Notes: generated from the letters alone by a model not told the origin. A stretch of DNA of 61,079 nt from Candidatus Kuenenia stuttgartensis (GCA_945861975.1 CAMAXD010000001.1:1-61079); one strand, 5' to 3'. Counted from the first letter of the stretch, positions 18,884-29,915 are shown. Translations and numbers: made by a program.

Positions 18884-21166
18884 TTGAAAATTTCACTCCC
18901 CTCACTCTGGTCGCGTCAGCAGGTCGATCCCGTGCAGTTAACTGGACAACAGCCCACGGCTAAGCTCGCAGACAAGTCGTCCGCTCAAGGCGTGTTGTCC
19001 TTGCCAGGTGAACGCGCGTTGGTGCTGGTGGTTGATGACGAGCGAATCAATCGCGAGATCCTGAGCCGGATGCTGTCACGCAATGGGCATGATGTCCTGA
19101 CTGCCGATAGTGGCGAAGCTGCACTTGAGCGTCTCGAAGAACAATTACCTGATCTGGTTCTGCTGGATGTCATCATGTCCGGCATGAGCGGATTTGACGT
19201 CCTGAAATCCATTCGCTCTCGATATCCTGACGGCGCGCTGCCCGTCATTATGGTTACGGCCGAAGCTGAACGAGAGAATGTTGTTCGAGCCTTCGCCGAA
19301 GGGGCTAATGACTACCTCACAAAGCCACTTGATCCCCAGATTACGCTGGCCCGCGTTTCTCTTCAGCTAAAGCTCAGCAGCGCCCTCTCTGAACTGAAAC
19401 GCAGTCAGGAACGTTATGCACTCGCGGCACAAGGTTCCCGGATAGGTCTCTGGGACTGGGATGTTGCTCAACGACAGATCTTTCTTTCGGCACGCTGGAA
19501 AGAGATGCTGGGCTACAGCGACAACGAACTGGATTCTTCTGTAGATTCCTGGTTTGAACGTATCCATATCGAAGATCGAGAACAGTTCACCGAATTGCTC
19601 GGAAGCCGCAGTTCACTGGAGCATGGTCGCTTCGAGACAGAAATTCGGATGCGTCATCGCGACGGCACTTTCCGCTGGATGCTGTGCAGCGGAGTTGTTC
19701 AGTCCGATACAAACGGTATACCTCGACGTCTGGCTGGTTCCCTGGCCGATGTTACCGAGGGGAAGGTTCGAGATGTCCTGACCGGCTTGCCGAATCGTCT
19801 GCTGTTTGAAGAGCAATTGAATCGGGTTCTGCATCTGGATCAGGCAACCTTTGGCTTCTCTGCCATTTTGTTTCTGGACCTCGACAACTTTAAACTGGTC
19901 AACGACAGTCTGGGCCATGACGCTGGCGACCTGCTCCTGTGCAGTGTTGCCAAGAAACTGGAGAGCTGTTTGCGTCAGACGGATGTCGTGGCCAGAAATC
20001 ACACGAAATGGTCCGTCGCACGACACGGTGGAGACGAATTCACGGTCCTGCTGCATTGTCTGCAAAGCCAAATTGACGCAGAAATAGTCGCAGAGCGTCT
20101 CATCGCAGCGCTCTCTGAGCCCTTCGCGGTGGGTGTTCATGAAGTCGCCGTCGGGGTCAGCATCGGGATAGCTTTTGGTGGTGGTGATGGCAAATCAGCT
20201 GCCGATGCAATTCGCGAAGCGGACACGGCCATGTACTACGCCAAGACAGGCGGCCGAGGTGGCTATCGCATTTTTGATCCGGAGATGCAAACAGTTGCTT
20301 CTGCCAGGCTGGCACTTGAATGTGATCTGCGCCAGGCTATCAAGAGTCATCAGTTCTACCTTGAGTACCAGCCTATCGTTCGACTCGCGACTGGCAGGGT
20401 TGAAGGATTCGAGGCCCTGTGTCGATGGAACCATCCGCGCGGCGAACGAGTCGGACCAGATGTCTTCGTGCCCGTCATTGAGTCGCTTGGTCTCATCGGT
20501 CGCCTCGGACGCATTGTTCTCGAACTGGCTTGCGATCAGGTTCAGGAATGGAATCGCAACCGTGCGGTCGATAATCTTGTCAGCGTTACCGTCAACTGTT
20601 CATCGGGAGAATTCGGGCAGCCACTGTTCCGAAACGATTTGCTGATGACCGTTGCAAGGGCGGGAATTGATCCCGGAATGCTGAAGATCGAAGTGACCGA
20701 GAGCACTCTGATGCAAAATCCGGAACTCGTCCAACAGATCATCAGTGAACTTCGCGACGCCGGGATTCGCATCGGAATCGATGACTTCGGAACAGGCTAC
20801 TCGTCACTCGCTTACCTGCATCGACTGCCGCTGGACCTGCTGAAAATTGACAAGTCGTTCGTAAGCAACATGCACACCTGCACCGATACACGGGAAATCG
20901 TCCGCACGATCATTGCGCTGGCGCAGAGCCTGAATCTTGATGTTGTTGCCGAAGGTGTTGAAACTCCGGAACAGCAACGACTGCTATTCGAAATGGGATC
21001 GACGCACGCTCAGGGTTACCTATACTCAAAACCGATGCCCGGCGATTCCGTTGAAGGCTTCCTTGGAAATTACAGCCCCCTGCTTCCGCCATCGCAACGC
21101 CGGAGACCTCATGAAAAAATCGAACAGCATCTCGAACTGGCTGCTGATTTGTTGACCCAGGAATAG
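18884..21166 (+). CDS. response regulator with PAS, GGDEF and EAL domains (c-di-GMP turnover)
   Basis: Receiver ([14 protein letters not shown]...[11 protein letters not shown]...K), PAS (RWMLCSG), GGDEF ([11 protein letters not shown]), EAL (FEALCRW...EVTES...DDFGTGYSS...KIDKSF). There is no in-frame ATG before the receiver, so TTG 18884 is assumed. Confidence 0.9.
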   Translation: MKISLPSLWSRQQVDPVQLTGQQPTAKLADKSSAQGVLSLPGERALVLVVDDERINREILSRMLSRNGHDVLTADSGEAALERLEEQLPDLVLLDVIMSGMSGFDVLKSIRSRYPDGALPVIMVTAEAERENVVRAFAEGANDYLTKPLDPQITLARVSLQLKLSSALSELKRSQERYALAAQGSRIGLWDWDVAQRQIFLSARWKEMLGYSDNELDSSVDSWFERIHIEDREQFTELLGSRSSLEHGRFETEIRMRHRDGTFRWMLCSGVVQSDTNGIPRRLAGSLADVTEGKVRDVLTGLPNRLLFEEQLNRVLHLDQATFGFSAILFLDLDNFKLVNDSLGHDAGDLLLCSVAKKLESCLRQTDVVARNHTKWSVARHGGDEFTVLLHCLQSQIDAEIVAERLIAALSEPFAVGVHEVAVGVSIGIAFGGGDGKSAADAIREADTAMYYAKTGGRGGYRIFDPEMQTVASARLALECDLRQAIKSHQFYLEYQPIVRLATGRVEGFEALCRWNHPRGERVGPDVFVPVIESLGLIGRLGRIVLELACDQVQEWNRNRAVDNLVSVTVNCSSGEFGQPLFRNDLLMTVARAGIDPGMLKIEVTESTLMQNPELVQQIISELRDAGIRIGIDDFGTGYSSLAYLHRLPLDLLKIDKSFVSNMHTCTDTREIVRTIIALAQSLNLDVVAEGVETPEQQRLLFEMGSTHAQGYLYSKPMPGDSVEGFLGNYSPLLPPSQRRRPHEKIEQHLELAADLLTQE

Positions 21167-21726
21167 TTTTCTTCATTCTGTGTCCACTGCAGAAAACGAA
21201 TCTACCGTTCGTCTTCAACAAAAACGGCTAACTGCTGCATATCTTTTTGAGACTCCGAGTTTGAGTTTTGACTACGCCGTGAAGCAGATCGATGCCTGTC
21301 CGGCGTTCGTAAAGTGCTTTGATGCCTCAGGCAAAATCGTCCTGATTCGTGGACTGCGACTTGAATTCCGGTCCAACTGCTGGTGTCATCTTGCCGCGGA
21401 CAGCGCAGAGACAGGCTATCAGCAAGCCGTGTGCTACAGTACGCTGTGAATGGTTGTTTCCGACACCTCGCAACGTCGCTGCAGTTCAGCGAAGGCGGGC
21501 CGAAGTGAGAAGAGCTAATTTCTCAGCATCGCCGCGTGCAACGGACACGCCGGACTGCTCGCACAACAGCGATCGCCCTCGAAAAACAGCAGCGCATTTT
21601 CTTCTATCGGAAGAATCCAAAGAACAAGGCGAGGAACTTCCGTTTGATATTCCCGAGGAGTTGCTGGCGCAACTTGAAGCCGCGAGCCTTGAGAAGACAG
21701 CTCCCATCAACCCGGCAAGTCTTGCC

Positions 21727-23057
21727 ATGGATCAGGAACACTCGTCTGAACTGACAAATCAGCAACCAGGAAAATTCCGGCTTGAGTCTGAGATCTCTCG
21801 AGGCGGTATGGGAATCATTCTCAAAGCACGTGACATGGAACTTGATCGTCGCGTTGCTGTTAAGCTGCTGCGAAAGGTCCGTAAAGGCAAACTTCACCTT
21901 CATCAACAATTTACGTACGAAGCACGTATCACCGGTCGACTGCAGCATCCCGGCATCATACCAATTTATGAAACCGGATTATCGTGGGATCAACGCCCGT
22001 ACTTCGCCATGAAACTGGTTCAGGGACGGACTCTTTCCGCATTGCTGGCAGAACGCAGATCGACACAGGATGATCTTCCACGTTTGCTAAAAGTCTTCGA
22101 ACAGGTCTGCCAGACTCTTTCCTACACCCACTCGCGAGGAGTCATTCATCTCGACATCAAACCGTCCAATATCATGGTTGGTGAATTCGGTGAGGTTCAT
22201 CTCATGGACTGGGGACTTGCCCGAGCCTCAACAGAGCTTTGTGACATTCCAATCACTGGAGATCTCAATTCATCATCAACAATCCTCAGCGCAACCGAAC
22301 GACTGGCTTCTCAAGCGATTCCGGCGGAAGCTCCTGCCGGAACCATCTGGGGGACGCCGGCCTACATGTCTCCGGAACAGGCACGCGGTCAGTGCACCGA
22401 TGTTCGTTCGGATGTATTTGGACTTGGAGGAATTCTGTGTGAAATCCTGACCGGGAATCCTGACGGGGAATCCTGACGGGGCATCCACCTCATCGCGGTC
22501 GAAGTTTGATTGATGTCTGCTTCCGCGCGGCACAGGGTGATCTGAGTTTAACGTATCAGAAACTTTCGGAATGCGAAGCTGATGGCGTTCTGATCAGATT
22601 GGCTCGCAACTGCCTTGCTCCCGAAATGGACCTCCGGCCTGCTCATGCGGGCATTGTGGCTAAAGAACTGACGATGTACCTCGAGTCCATGTTGCAGCGT
22701 GCGGAAACAGACCTGAAACAATTCTTTGATCTGAGTCTTGACCTGTTCTGCATCGCCGGACTCGATGGTTACTTTCGGAGAGTGAATTCCAATTTCTTCC
22801 GAGTTCTGGGTTACAACGAAAAGTCACTGCTGTCGCGGCCATTTCTTGACTTCGTTCACCCGGACGATCGCGTTGACACGATTAGAGTGATGGGACAACT
22901 GCTGGAAGGTCGGCCGGTAGTCCAGTTTCAGAATCGATATCAGACCGAGTTCGGATCATGGCGGCGATTCGAATGGACAGCTAAATCCATTCCAGAAGAG
23001 GGTGTCATTTTTGCTGTCGCCCGCGACGTAACAGAGCAGTTAAGAAAAGCGGATTAA
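21727..23057 (+). pseudogene. Ser/Thr protein kinase with C-terminal PAS domain, reading frame broken by a 13-bp unit present three times
   Basis: Kinase motifs sit in frame 1 (GGMGIILKA...VAVK, HLDIKPSNIM, DWGLA, GTPAYMSPEQ) and end at TGA 22474-22476. The kinase C-lobe continuation (GILTGHPPHRGRSL...CLAPEMDLRP) plus PAS (FFDLSLDLFCIAG...FVHPDD) continues in another frame to 23057. The 5' start is uncertain: ATG 21727, or further upstream to 21349. Confidence 0.8.
22444..22482. repeat. 13-bp direct tandem repeat x3 (ATCCTGACCGGGA / ATCCTGACGGGGA / ATCCTGACGGGGC) inside the kinase gene
   Basis: Read directly. Deleting two units (26 bp) joins ...CEILTG to HPPHRGRSLIDV... in a single frame. 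Confidence 0.9.
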
Positions 23058-23258
23058 GCTAAATGTGAATGAACACGCAAAATGATGCCAAATTGCATCA
23101 TTGTCCTGATCTTCGGGAACTGAACTATTGATCGCGGCTCACCCTCCAAAGGGAAATCGGTGAAACCAGAAACACTTTCTGGCGACAACCTGTAAGATGC
23201 GGCTACCCTGCACAGTCAAATTCAGATAGCCCCGCCCTTGCCTGCCGATCCAGATTAC

Positions 23259-24608
23259 ATGAGAAACTTCAATCCGCATAGGTTTGTCTTCGTATTGATG
23301 GCCGGCCTTTGCCTGCTTCCTGTCGGATGTTCACAGTCACCGACGCAGGTTGCCGGAGAAACATCCGCCGCTGAAACCAAAGCGGGGTCGCCGCCAGGTG
23401 GAAATACCGGACCGCCACCAGCCCTGGTCAAAGTGGCCGTAATTCGTCAGGAGAATATCGCTCCTGAGTTTCGTGCCTTGGGCAACGTGAGACCACGCCA
23501 TTCAAGCATTGTCGCATCAGGATCCGATGGCATTGTTGAAGAGTTTCCACTCGAAATCGGGGCTTTCGTAACGAAGGGCACTTTGCTTTCCAAACTCAGG
23601 ATGGAGTCAACAGACCTGGACATTGCCGAACAGGAAGCGATCCTGACAGAACGGCGTGCTGAACTGGAAGAGATCAAGTCGCCCCGTAAAGAAGATCAGG
23701 ATGAAGCGAGTGCTCGAAAGCAAGCTGCGGAAGTTATGTTTGCCAATGCCACGCGACGCCTGGATGAGATGCTGGCGCTCAGTAAGCGTGGCGCGGCCAA
23801 TCCGACGGAGGTAAAAGATGCTCAGGATAACGTCGACTCGGCCGAGCAGAATCGGCTCGCCGCTGCCGCAGTGCTGGCGAGAATTTCTTCGCCTCGACAA
23901 GAAACAGTTCAGCAGGCCATGGCACGCGTTGAGGCTCAGGAAAAACACGTCGCCTTCCTGAAGGCCGAACGTGAAAAACGCCTGACCAAAGCACCATTCG
24001 ATGGATTCGTGGTTGAGGAACATACCTACATCGGTCAATGGCTTTCCAAAGGAGCACCGATACTGACACTGGCCAAGTTGGATGAGGTCGAAGTTGAAGT
24101 CCAGATTGATCAACAGTATATCGATCAGATTACGCCAGGCCGTCCAGTAGTTCTCGGTATTCAGGGAACCGGATCTCGCAACGGGCTCGCAAGTGACTGG
24201 GAAGGTGAAGTCGCGTCCGTTGTTCCCAGAAGTAATTGGGAAGATGGCTCTCGCAGCTTTCCGGTCATCATTCGGATCGACAACAAGATCGACACGTCGA
24301 CAACGACTCCGACTCCTGCTCTTCGTGAGGGCATGATGGCTGAAGCAAAGTTCAGCGGTCAGAATGTTGATGCCGTTTTGGTGCCAAAGGACTCACTCGT
24401 TCGAACCTCACGCGGAACATTCGTATACGTAATCAATCCAGCCTCTGAGGGTAAACCGACGAGCGTTCGCCAGGTGGTCGTAACAACCGGTGTCAGTTCG
24501 GGGACGTCAATTCAGATAATCGGTGAAGGCCTCGCGGCCAACCAGCAGGTAGTGACCGAAGGGGCGGAACGGCTTCGAGCATTTCAGACAGTGCAGATCA
24601 TGGAATAA
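23259..24608 (+). CDS. efflux RND transporter periplasmic adaptor (membrane-fusion protein, HlyD family)
   Basis: Lipoprotein-like signal MRNFNPHRFVFVLMAGLCLLPVGCS, coiled-coil hairpin region, and beta-barrel/MP domain pattern. It lies immediately upstream of the RND pump. Start at ATG 23259. Confidence 0.88.
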   Translation: MRNFNPHRFVFVLMAGLCLLPVGCSQSPTQVAGETSAAETKAGSPPGGNTGPPPALVKVAVIRQENIAPEFRALGNVRPRHSSIVASGSDGIVEEFPLEIGAFVTKGTLLSKLRMESTDLDIAEQEAILTERRAELEEIKSPRKEDQDEASARKQAAEVMFANATRRLDEMLALSKRGAANPTEVKDAQDNVDSAEQNRLAAAAVLARISSPRQETVQQAMARVEAQEKHVAFLKAEREKRLTKAPFDGFVVEEHTYIGQWLSKGAPILTLAKLDEVEVEVQIDQQYIDQITPGRPVVLGIQGTGSRNGLASDWEGEVASVVPRSNWEDGSRSFPVIIRIDNKIDTSTTTPTPALREGMMAEAKFSGQNVDAVLVPKDSLVRTSRGTFVYVINPASEGKPTSVRQVVVTTGVSSGTSIQIIGEGLAANQQVVTEGAERLRAFQTVQIME

Positions 24609-24662
24609 CACGGCCTCCCTGCTGATTCTGGCTCAAGCTCTTACCACAGCGACGAATACACT

Positions 24663-27600
24663 ATGGACCTCATAAAATTCTCCATCGAGAACCCGGTGAA
24701 ACTCACCGTCGGAGTGATTCTGTCGCTTCTGTTTGGTGTCATCGCGTATCTCGCAACGCCGGTCCAGTTGACACCGGATGTTACCGAACCAGAGCTGACG
24801 ATTACGACACTCTGGCCTGGTGCCAGTGCTCAGGAGGTGGAACGTGAGATCATTGATGAGCAGGAAGAACAGCTCAAGAGCGTGGAGGGAATGGACGAGT
24901 TCAAAAGCGAAAGCTCGGACTCGATGGGAACCATCACCATGCGTTTCGCAGTCGGAACCGATATCGCCGATGCTCGTGCAAGAGTCGCCGAGAAGCTCAA
25001 TCAGGTTCCCAATTATCCGGACGATGCTCGAGAGCCGGTGATCTCAACAGTAAATGCAAATGTCAACGCGATTGCCTGGTTTATTCTGAAACCTATCCCG
25101 CCCACCCGCGAAGATCTCAAAAACCTGATCGCTCAGGATCCCGCATTGAAGGAACCGCTGGCCCCGTTGATGGAGGGCACGAAGCCAATCAATCTACCCA
25201 AGCTGAATCTGTTGGCCGATCAGTATCCCGTACTGAAGACTTTCACGATGGGCCGCAACAATCCCGCGCTCATGCGAAAGTTTGCCGAAGAGTACATTGA
25301 AGCAGTCTTCGAGCGCGTCCCCGGCGTTGCCAACGGGAATGTGTTCGGCGGCCAGGAACAGGAGTTCCGCGTTGAAGTAAATCCAACTCGATTGGCAGCT
25401 TTTGGCGTGACAATCGATCAACTCCGCACGGCGTTGATTGCACAAAACCAGAATACGTCAGCCGGGGATATTCCCGAAGGTCGGCAGCGGAATGTCGTTC
25501 GAACACTCGGCCAATTCCAGACGCCGAAACAAGTCGAAGACACGATTATTGTTAACCGTGACAATTCGCCTGTGCGAGTCCGTGACGTGGCAACAGTTGG
25601 CGTCGCCTACAAGAAACCTGACGGTGTCGTGCGTCAGATGGGACTCAATGCCCTCGCCGTGAATGCTCAGCAGGCCCCGAATACAAACATTAAAGAAGTC
25701 ATGGGGCCGCCGCGCGAGGATCTGGACCTGAACAAGGACGGGGAGATCACTCTGCTTGAGCTCGGTGAGTGTACTCGAATCTACGGTAACAACCTTCGTA
25801 TTGCCTGCGAGGAACTGAACCTTGGAATCCTGGCGACCAAGGGCCTGTATATGGAACAGGTCTACGATCAGACCTTGTACCTGGATTCAGCAACGGCCCT
25901 CGTTGAAAGCAATGTTTATTCAGGCGGAGCGCTCGCGGTCCTGATCCTGCTGCTGTTTCTGAAGAGCGTTCGTTCAGTAATCATTATCGGCCTGTCGATC
26001 CCGATCAGCGTGATTGCGACATTTATGTTCGTCAAGATTTTCGGAAGAAGCATCAATGTCATCAGTCTTGCCGGGATGGCGTTTTCTGTCGGGATGGTAG
26101 CCGACAATGCCATCACCGTGCTGGAAAATATTTATCGACACTTTCAGATGGGCAAGTCACCTCGCGAAGCCGCGTTGCAGGGAACTCAGGAAGTCTGGGG
26201 AGCGGTGCTTGCGGCCACATTGGCGATGATCGTGGTGTTCGTTCCGGTGATCTTTGTCGAGGGTCAGGCCGGACAGCTCTTTAGAGATATCTCGATTGCA
26301 ATTGCATGCTCCGTGGGGATTTCAATGCTGGTGAGTGTCACCGTGATTCCTGCGGCGGCCTGCTGGCTCCTGAAGAATCAGAAATCTGCCAGCCTGGAAT
26401 ACGATACCAGCTACGGCTTCTCCGGACTGTTCGGACTTGTTCGAGTCAGCCACTGGATGAATGAACTATTCGCCGGCGCGATGCGGAGGATGATGTCGGC
26501 TCGTGGCAGTTGGTTCTGGCGACTTCTGGTCGTGGTGCTGTTCTGTCTGGGATCAGTTTGGAGCAGTATCTTGTTGTGGCCGGATACCGAATATCTGCCA
26601 ACAGGAAACCGCAATCTGATCATCGCCATCCTGCTTCCGCCGCCGGGTTATAACATCGACAAAATGATCGAACTGGGGGAAGGAATCGAACGACAGCTGA
26701 CCCCTTATTGGGCAGAAGATGCTTCTCCGGGTTCACCACGAATCAATGACTTCTTTTTTGTGGCTCGGGGACGAATGTTGTTCCTGGGCGCGAAAGCTGT
26801 CGACGAACTTCGTGCGGCTGAACTGATTCCGATCCTTGCCAAGGCGGCCGGCTCGCAACCCGGGGTCATTCCCATCGTGAGTCAGTCAAGCCTGTTCGAC
26901 AGTGGATTAAGTGGTGGACGAACTATCGATATTGATATCACAGGCCCGGATCTGGAGGGACTGGTCGAAGAAGCACAGAAGGCCTTTGGGCTCTGCATGG
27001 CGCAGTTCCCAATGGACCAGGGAAATCAATTACGTCCGATTCCGGGACTGGATCTGTCCAGCCCGGAAGTCCATATTATTCCGAAGCTGGAGAAGGCGGC
27101 TGAGCTGGGAGTGACATCGCAATCTCTCGGTTACGGCGTCAATGCTCTCGTCGACGGTGCATTTGCGGGCGACTACTGGCATGAAGGTCGACGCATTGAT
27201 CTCGTGATCTGTGGTGATGCAGATTATACCAGCCATTCACATGACATAGAGAACCTTCCGATCCGAACTCCGTCCGGCGAAACAGTGCGACTGTCTTCAG
27301 TGGCGGACGTTGTGCTGAGCCGCGGCCCGGAACAGGTTAACCACATTGAACGATCACGTTCCATCACCATCCAGCTTAAGCCCGCCCCGGGAGTCCCACT
27401 GGAAACGGCGATGAAAACGGTGGATGAGAAAGTTCGCGGTGTGCTGATGCAGTCTCCGCGATTCCAGAGTGGGGCGTATCAGGTCCGGCTGGCCGGCACC
27501 GCAGACAAACTGGCAGATACGTGGTATGACCTCAAATGGAACCTTTTGCTTGCTCTGCTTTTGACATATCTCTTGATGGCAGCGCTGTTTGAGTCGTTTC

Positions 27601-28142
27601 TTTATCCGCTGGTGGTCATGATCAGCGTCGCTCTGGCACTTGTGGGAGGCCTTGGCGGCCTGAAGATTATGAATCAGTTTGTCTTCCAGCCTCTCGACAT
27701 GCTCACCATGCTGGGATTTGTGATCCTGATTGGAACGGTGGTTAACAATGCGATCCTGATCGTGCATCAGGGACTCAACTACATGCGAGAAGAGGGGATG
27801 AATTCGGTCGACGCCGTGTGCGAAACAGTGCGAACTCGGATGCGACCAATTCTGATGAGTACCCTTTCAACGGTGCTCGGAATGTTTCCCTTGGTTGTCC
27901 CACTTCCGATATGGGCCGACGGCGCGTGGGTGTGGAGTGTCGGTGCCGGTAGCGAACTCTATCAGGGACTCGGGGCAGTAGTTCTTGGCGGAATGATCGT
28001 CTCCACGTTCTTCACACTCGTGCTGATTCCGGCAGGTTTCAGTCTCGTGATGGATGCTAAAGAAGCCATCGCAAGCCTACTCAGTCGCCAAAAAACAAAA
28101 CCGACCACAATGAGCCCGAGTGTCACCTCGCCTCAGGCGTGA
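24663..28142 (+). CDS. efflux RND transporter permease subunit (AcrB/CzcA superfamily)
   Basis: 1159 aa. Starts MDLIKFSIENPVKLTVGVIL, has two large periplasmic loops and 12-TM-like hydrophobic blocks (e.g. SLAGMAFSVGMVADNAI, LGFVILIGTVVNNAILIV). No outer-membrane factor gene is adjacent. Confidence 0.93.
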   Translation: MDLIKFSIENPVKLTVGVILSLLFGVIAYLATPVQLTPDVTEPELTITTLWPGASAQEVEREIIDEQEEQLKSVEGMDEFKSESSDSMGTITMRFAVGTDIADARARVAEKLNQVPNYPDDAREPVISTVNANVNAIAWFILKPIPPTREDLKNLIAQDPALKEPLAPLMEGTKPINLPKLNLLADQYPVLKTFTMGRNNPALMRKFAEEYIEAVFERVPGVANGNVFGGQEQEFRVEVNPTRLAAFGVTIDQLRTALIAQNQNTSAGDIPEGRQRNVVRTLGQFQTPKQVEDTIIVNRDNSPVRVRDVATVGVAYKKPDGVVRQMGLNALAVNAQQAPNTNIKEVMGPPREDLDLNKDGEITLLELGECTRIYGNNLRIACEELNLGILATKGLYMEQVYDQTLYLDSATALVESNVYSGGALAVLILLLFLKSVRSVIIIGLSIPISVIATFMFVKIFGRSINVISLAGMAFSVGMVADNAITVLENIYRHFQMGKSPREAALQGTQEVWGAVLAATLAMIVVFVPVIFVEGQAGQLFRDISIAIACSVGISMLVSVTVIPAAACWLLKNQKSASLEYDTSYGFSGLFGLVRVSHWMNELFAGAMRRMMSARGSWFWRLLVVVLFCLGSVWSSILLWPDTEYLPTGNRNLIIAILLPPPGYNIDKMIELGEGIERQLTPYWAEDASPGSPRINDFFFVARGRMLFLGAKAVDELRAAELIPILAKAAGSQPGVIPIVSQSSLFDSGLSGGRTIDIDITGPDLEGLVEEAQKAFGLCMAQFPMDQGNQLRPIPGLDLSSPEVHIIPKLEKAAELGVTSQSLGYGVNALVDGAFAGDYWHEGRRIDLVICGDADYTSHSHDIENLPIRTPSGETVRLSSVADVVLSRGPEQVNHIERSRSITIQLKPAPGVPLETAMKTVDEKVRGVLMQSPRFQSGAYQVRLAGTADKLADTWYDLKWNLLLALLLTYLLMAALFESFLYPLVVMISVALALVGGLGGLKIMNQFVFQPLDMLTMLGFVILIGTVVNNAILIVHQGLNYMREEGMNSVDAVCETVRTRMRPILMSTLSTVLGMFPLVVPLPIWADGAWVWSVGAGSELYQGLGAVVLGGMIVSTFFTLVLIPAGFSLVMDAKEAIASLLSRQKTKPTTMSPSVTSPQA

Positions 28143-28737
28143 AGCGAGTAGACTGGAATACGCAAGCAGTGATGCTGAGCATTACGGTTGGTGATTTCGG
28201 AAGCTAGCCCTCGACATCGGACCGGGATGTTCGTGTTAAACAGACGGCAGCAGTCCGTTGCAGTTGGGCGATGCCATCAAACTCCTTCACATCGAAATGC
28301 TGAAAGCCAACACTCTGGATCATGTTTGAGCGGGAAAGCGAACACTCGTCAATCGGCCAAATCGTCAAAGTGAGCAACGCCAGGGCAGCACGACCGGCAC
28401 GAGCAATATCTCACTGGCCCCTTTTAGTCTGGGTTCACCGCACCCCCAGGATGCACGGCGCAGCAAGCCCAGAAAAGCCCCGACTGGTCACGCGATCATT
28501 GGAAGGCGTCAGGATTCACGGATTTTGCCTCTGAACTTTGATTCTTCGGCCGAAGAACCCCGATGAACCGCTTTTCCTGTCTGGCTCTTCCTTCTAGAAT
28601 CGGACCCTCCGATTCATTCGCGGTGTTATGATTGCCTTACGAGCAGGCATCAGCGGCGAAGCCTGATTGGAAAATTCGGGGATTCCCCACCTTCGATACA
28701 CCTATCGAACGTTTCACTGAATTGAAGGAAATCTGGA

Positions 28738-29082
28738 ATGCAGGTTGCTATCACCTGTCGACACGGCAGTATCCGACCGGAACTACGAGAGCACATCACT
28801 CAAAAAGCGGAGAAACTTCTTCGCTACTTGAACACGGTCAGCGAAATCGACGTCACTCTGGAGTTTGAAGGCCCTCGGGTTGACGTGGAAATGCTGGTAG
28901 AAATCGATGGTTTCCACACCATTGTGGCCCAAGTTGAAGGCGAAGACGCGAGTGCAACATTCGATAAATGCCTTCACAAGATGGAGCATCAGGTCCACAA
29001 GCACAAAGAGAAACACCGAGACCACAAGCATCAGCCTTCCATTAAAGACATGCCCACCAAAATGGACGATCCGATCACCTAA
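28738..29082 (+). CDS. hpf: ribosome hibernation-promoting factor (short HPF / RaiA family)
   Basis: Reads MQVAITCRHGSIRPELREHITQKAEKLLRYL...VDVTLE...FDKCLHKMEHQVHKHKEK, a typical sigma54-modulation/S30EA fold sequence. 114 aa. Confidence 0.88.
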   Translation: MQVAITCRHGSIRPELREHITQKAEKLLRYLNTVSEIDVTLEFEGPRVDVEMLVEIDGFHTIVAQVEGEDASATFDKCLHKMEHQVHKHKEKHRDHKHQPSIKDMPTKMDDPIT

Positions 29083-29165
29083 GCGAGACGGTGTAAAACT
29101 CAATTGCTGCTCATGTGAACTGTGCTCTGTTCGCGTCTGAGAAGTCTATCTGCCGAGAAAGAATT

Positions 29166-29190
29166 CGTTGATGCTTAAAGTACATCAACG
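29166..29190 (+). terminator. hairpin downstream of hpf (possible weak terminator/attenuator)
   Basis: Perfect 8-bp stem CGTTGATG / CATCAACG with a 9-nt loop, followed by TCTTT. The U-tract is poor. Confidence 0.35.
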
Positions 29191-29343
29191 TCTTTGACTT
29201 GCTGATGCCTGTGGGCACAATGTCTCGATATATTGTTTACCGTTCTGCACAGTTTAGGTTTGACACTGTCGGCAGAAGTCAAAAGGCCTTTTTCTGGCGA
29301 CCACTTCTTGGTTGCGCCTGCTTGTTAAGTTGAGAGAGTTGCA

Positions 29344-29820
29344 ATGAAATTGACTGAATTCGTTATTCGCGATGCCATCCTTCCGGATCTTAAATCATCT
29401 AGAAAAGAAGATGTGATACGGGAAATGGTGGCCAGCCTGAAAGCCACTGGGGCAATCAAGGCTGCTGAAGAAGAGGCCGTAATTGCGGCGATTCTGAAGC
29501 GAGAAGAGCTGGGATCTACCGGGATTGGTAACGGTGTTGCAGTCCCGCACACCAAGCACGCCTCGGTCGAAAAGCTGTCCGCGACAGTTGCGATCTCCCG
29601 AAATGGCGTCGACTTCGCGAGCCTGGACGGAGAAGACGTATTCATTCTGTTCTTGTTGGTTTCTCCGCCTGACCGTCCGGGCGATCACCTTCGTGGACTT
29701 GAAAACATCTCCCGCCACCTTCGCAGCCAGGACTTCTGCAACTTCCTGAAGCAGTCCATGACGACAGCGGACATCTGGGATCTGCTCGCGGAAGCAGATG
29801 ATGGCGATCGAGATGCTTAA
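29344..29820 (+). CDS. ptsN: PTS EIIA-Ntr type nitrogen regulatory protein
   Basis: Reads [20 protein letters not shown] (phosphorylatable His in the GxAxPH context) and [10 protein letters not shown]. 158 aa. Typical position downstream of hpf. Confidence 0.88.
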   Translation: MKLTEFVIRDAILPDLKSSRKEDVIREMVASLKATGAIKAAEEEAVIAAILKREELGSTGIGNGVAVPHTKHASVEKLSATVAISRNGVDFASLDGEDVFILFLLVSPPDRPGDHLRGLENISRHLRSQDFCNFLKQSMTTADIWDLLAEADDGDRDA

Positions 29821-29915
29821 GTTGAGTCTGCCCTGAATCGTATGCACGAAGTTCAGGCCTGATTCATGGGCGTGAAGGCAAGTCTGGAACTGCCACGCCC
29901 CGCGGAGGATTCACT

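Noticed and set aside
21180-21726. ORF 21180..21449 (GTG start) and the 126-codon upstream extension of the kinase ORF from 21349.
   Set aside because: These are Arg/Ser-rich, non-ATG starts, mutually overlapping frames, with no motifs. The kinase domain begins shortly after ATG 21727. I kept this only as start-site uncertainty.
28395-28410. CGGCACGAGCAATA, looked at as a sigma54 -24/-12 promoter upstream of hpf.
   Set aside because: A GG is present, but no GC dinucleotide falls at the required 10-nt spacing. It does not fit TGGCAC-N5-TTGC.
28188-28534. ORFs 28188..28373 and 28322..28534 in the spacer upstream of hpf, and a roughly 40-60-codon minus-strand ORF (MIQSVGFQHFDVKEF...).
   Set aside because: They are short, overlapping and basic/low-complexity, with no recognisable family. 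I treat the region as non-coding leader or promoter pending transcript data.
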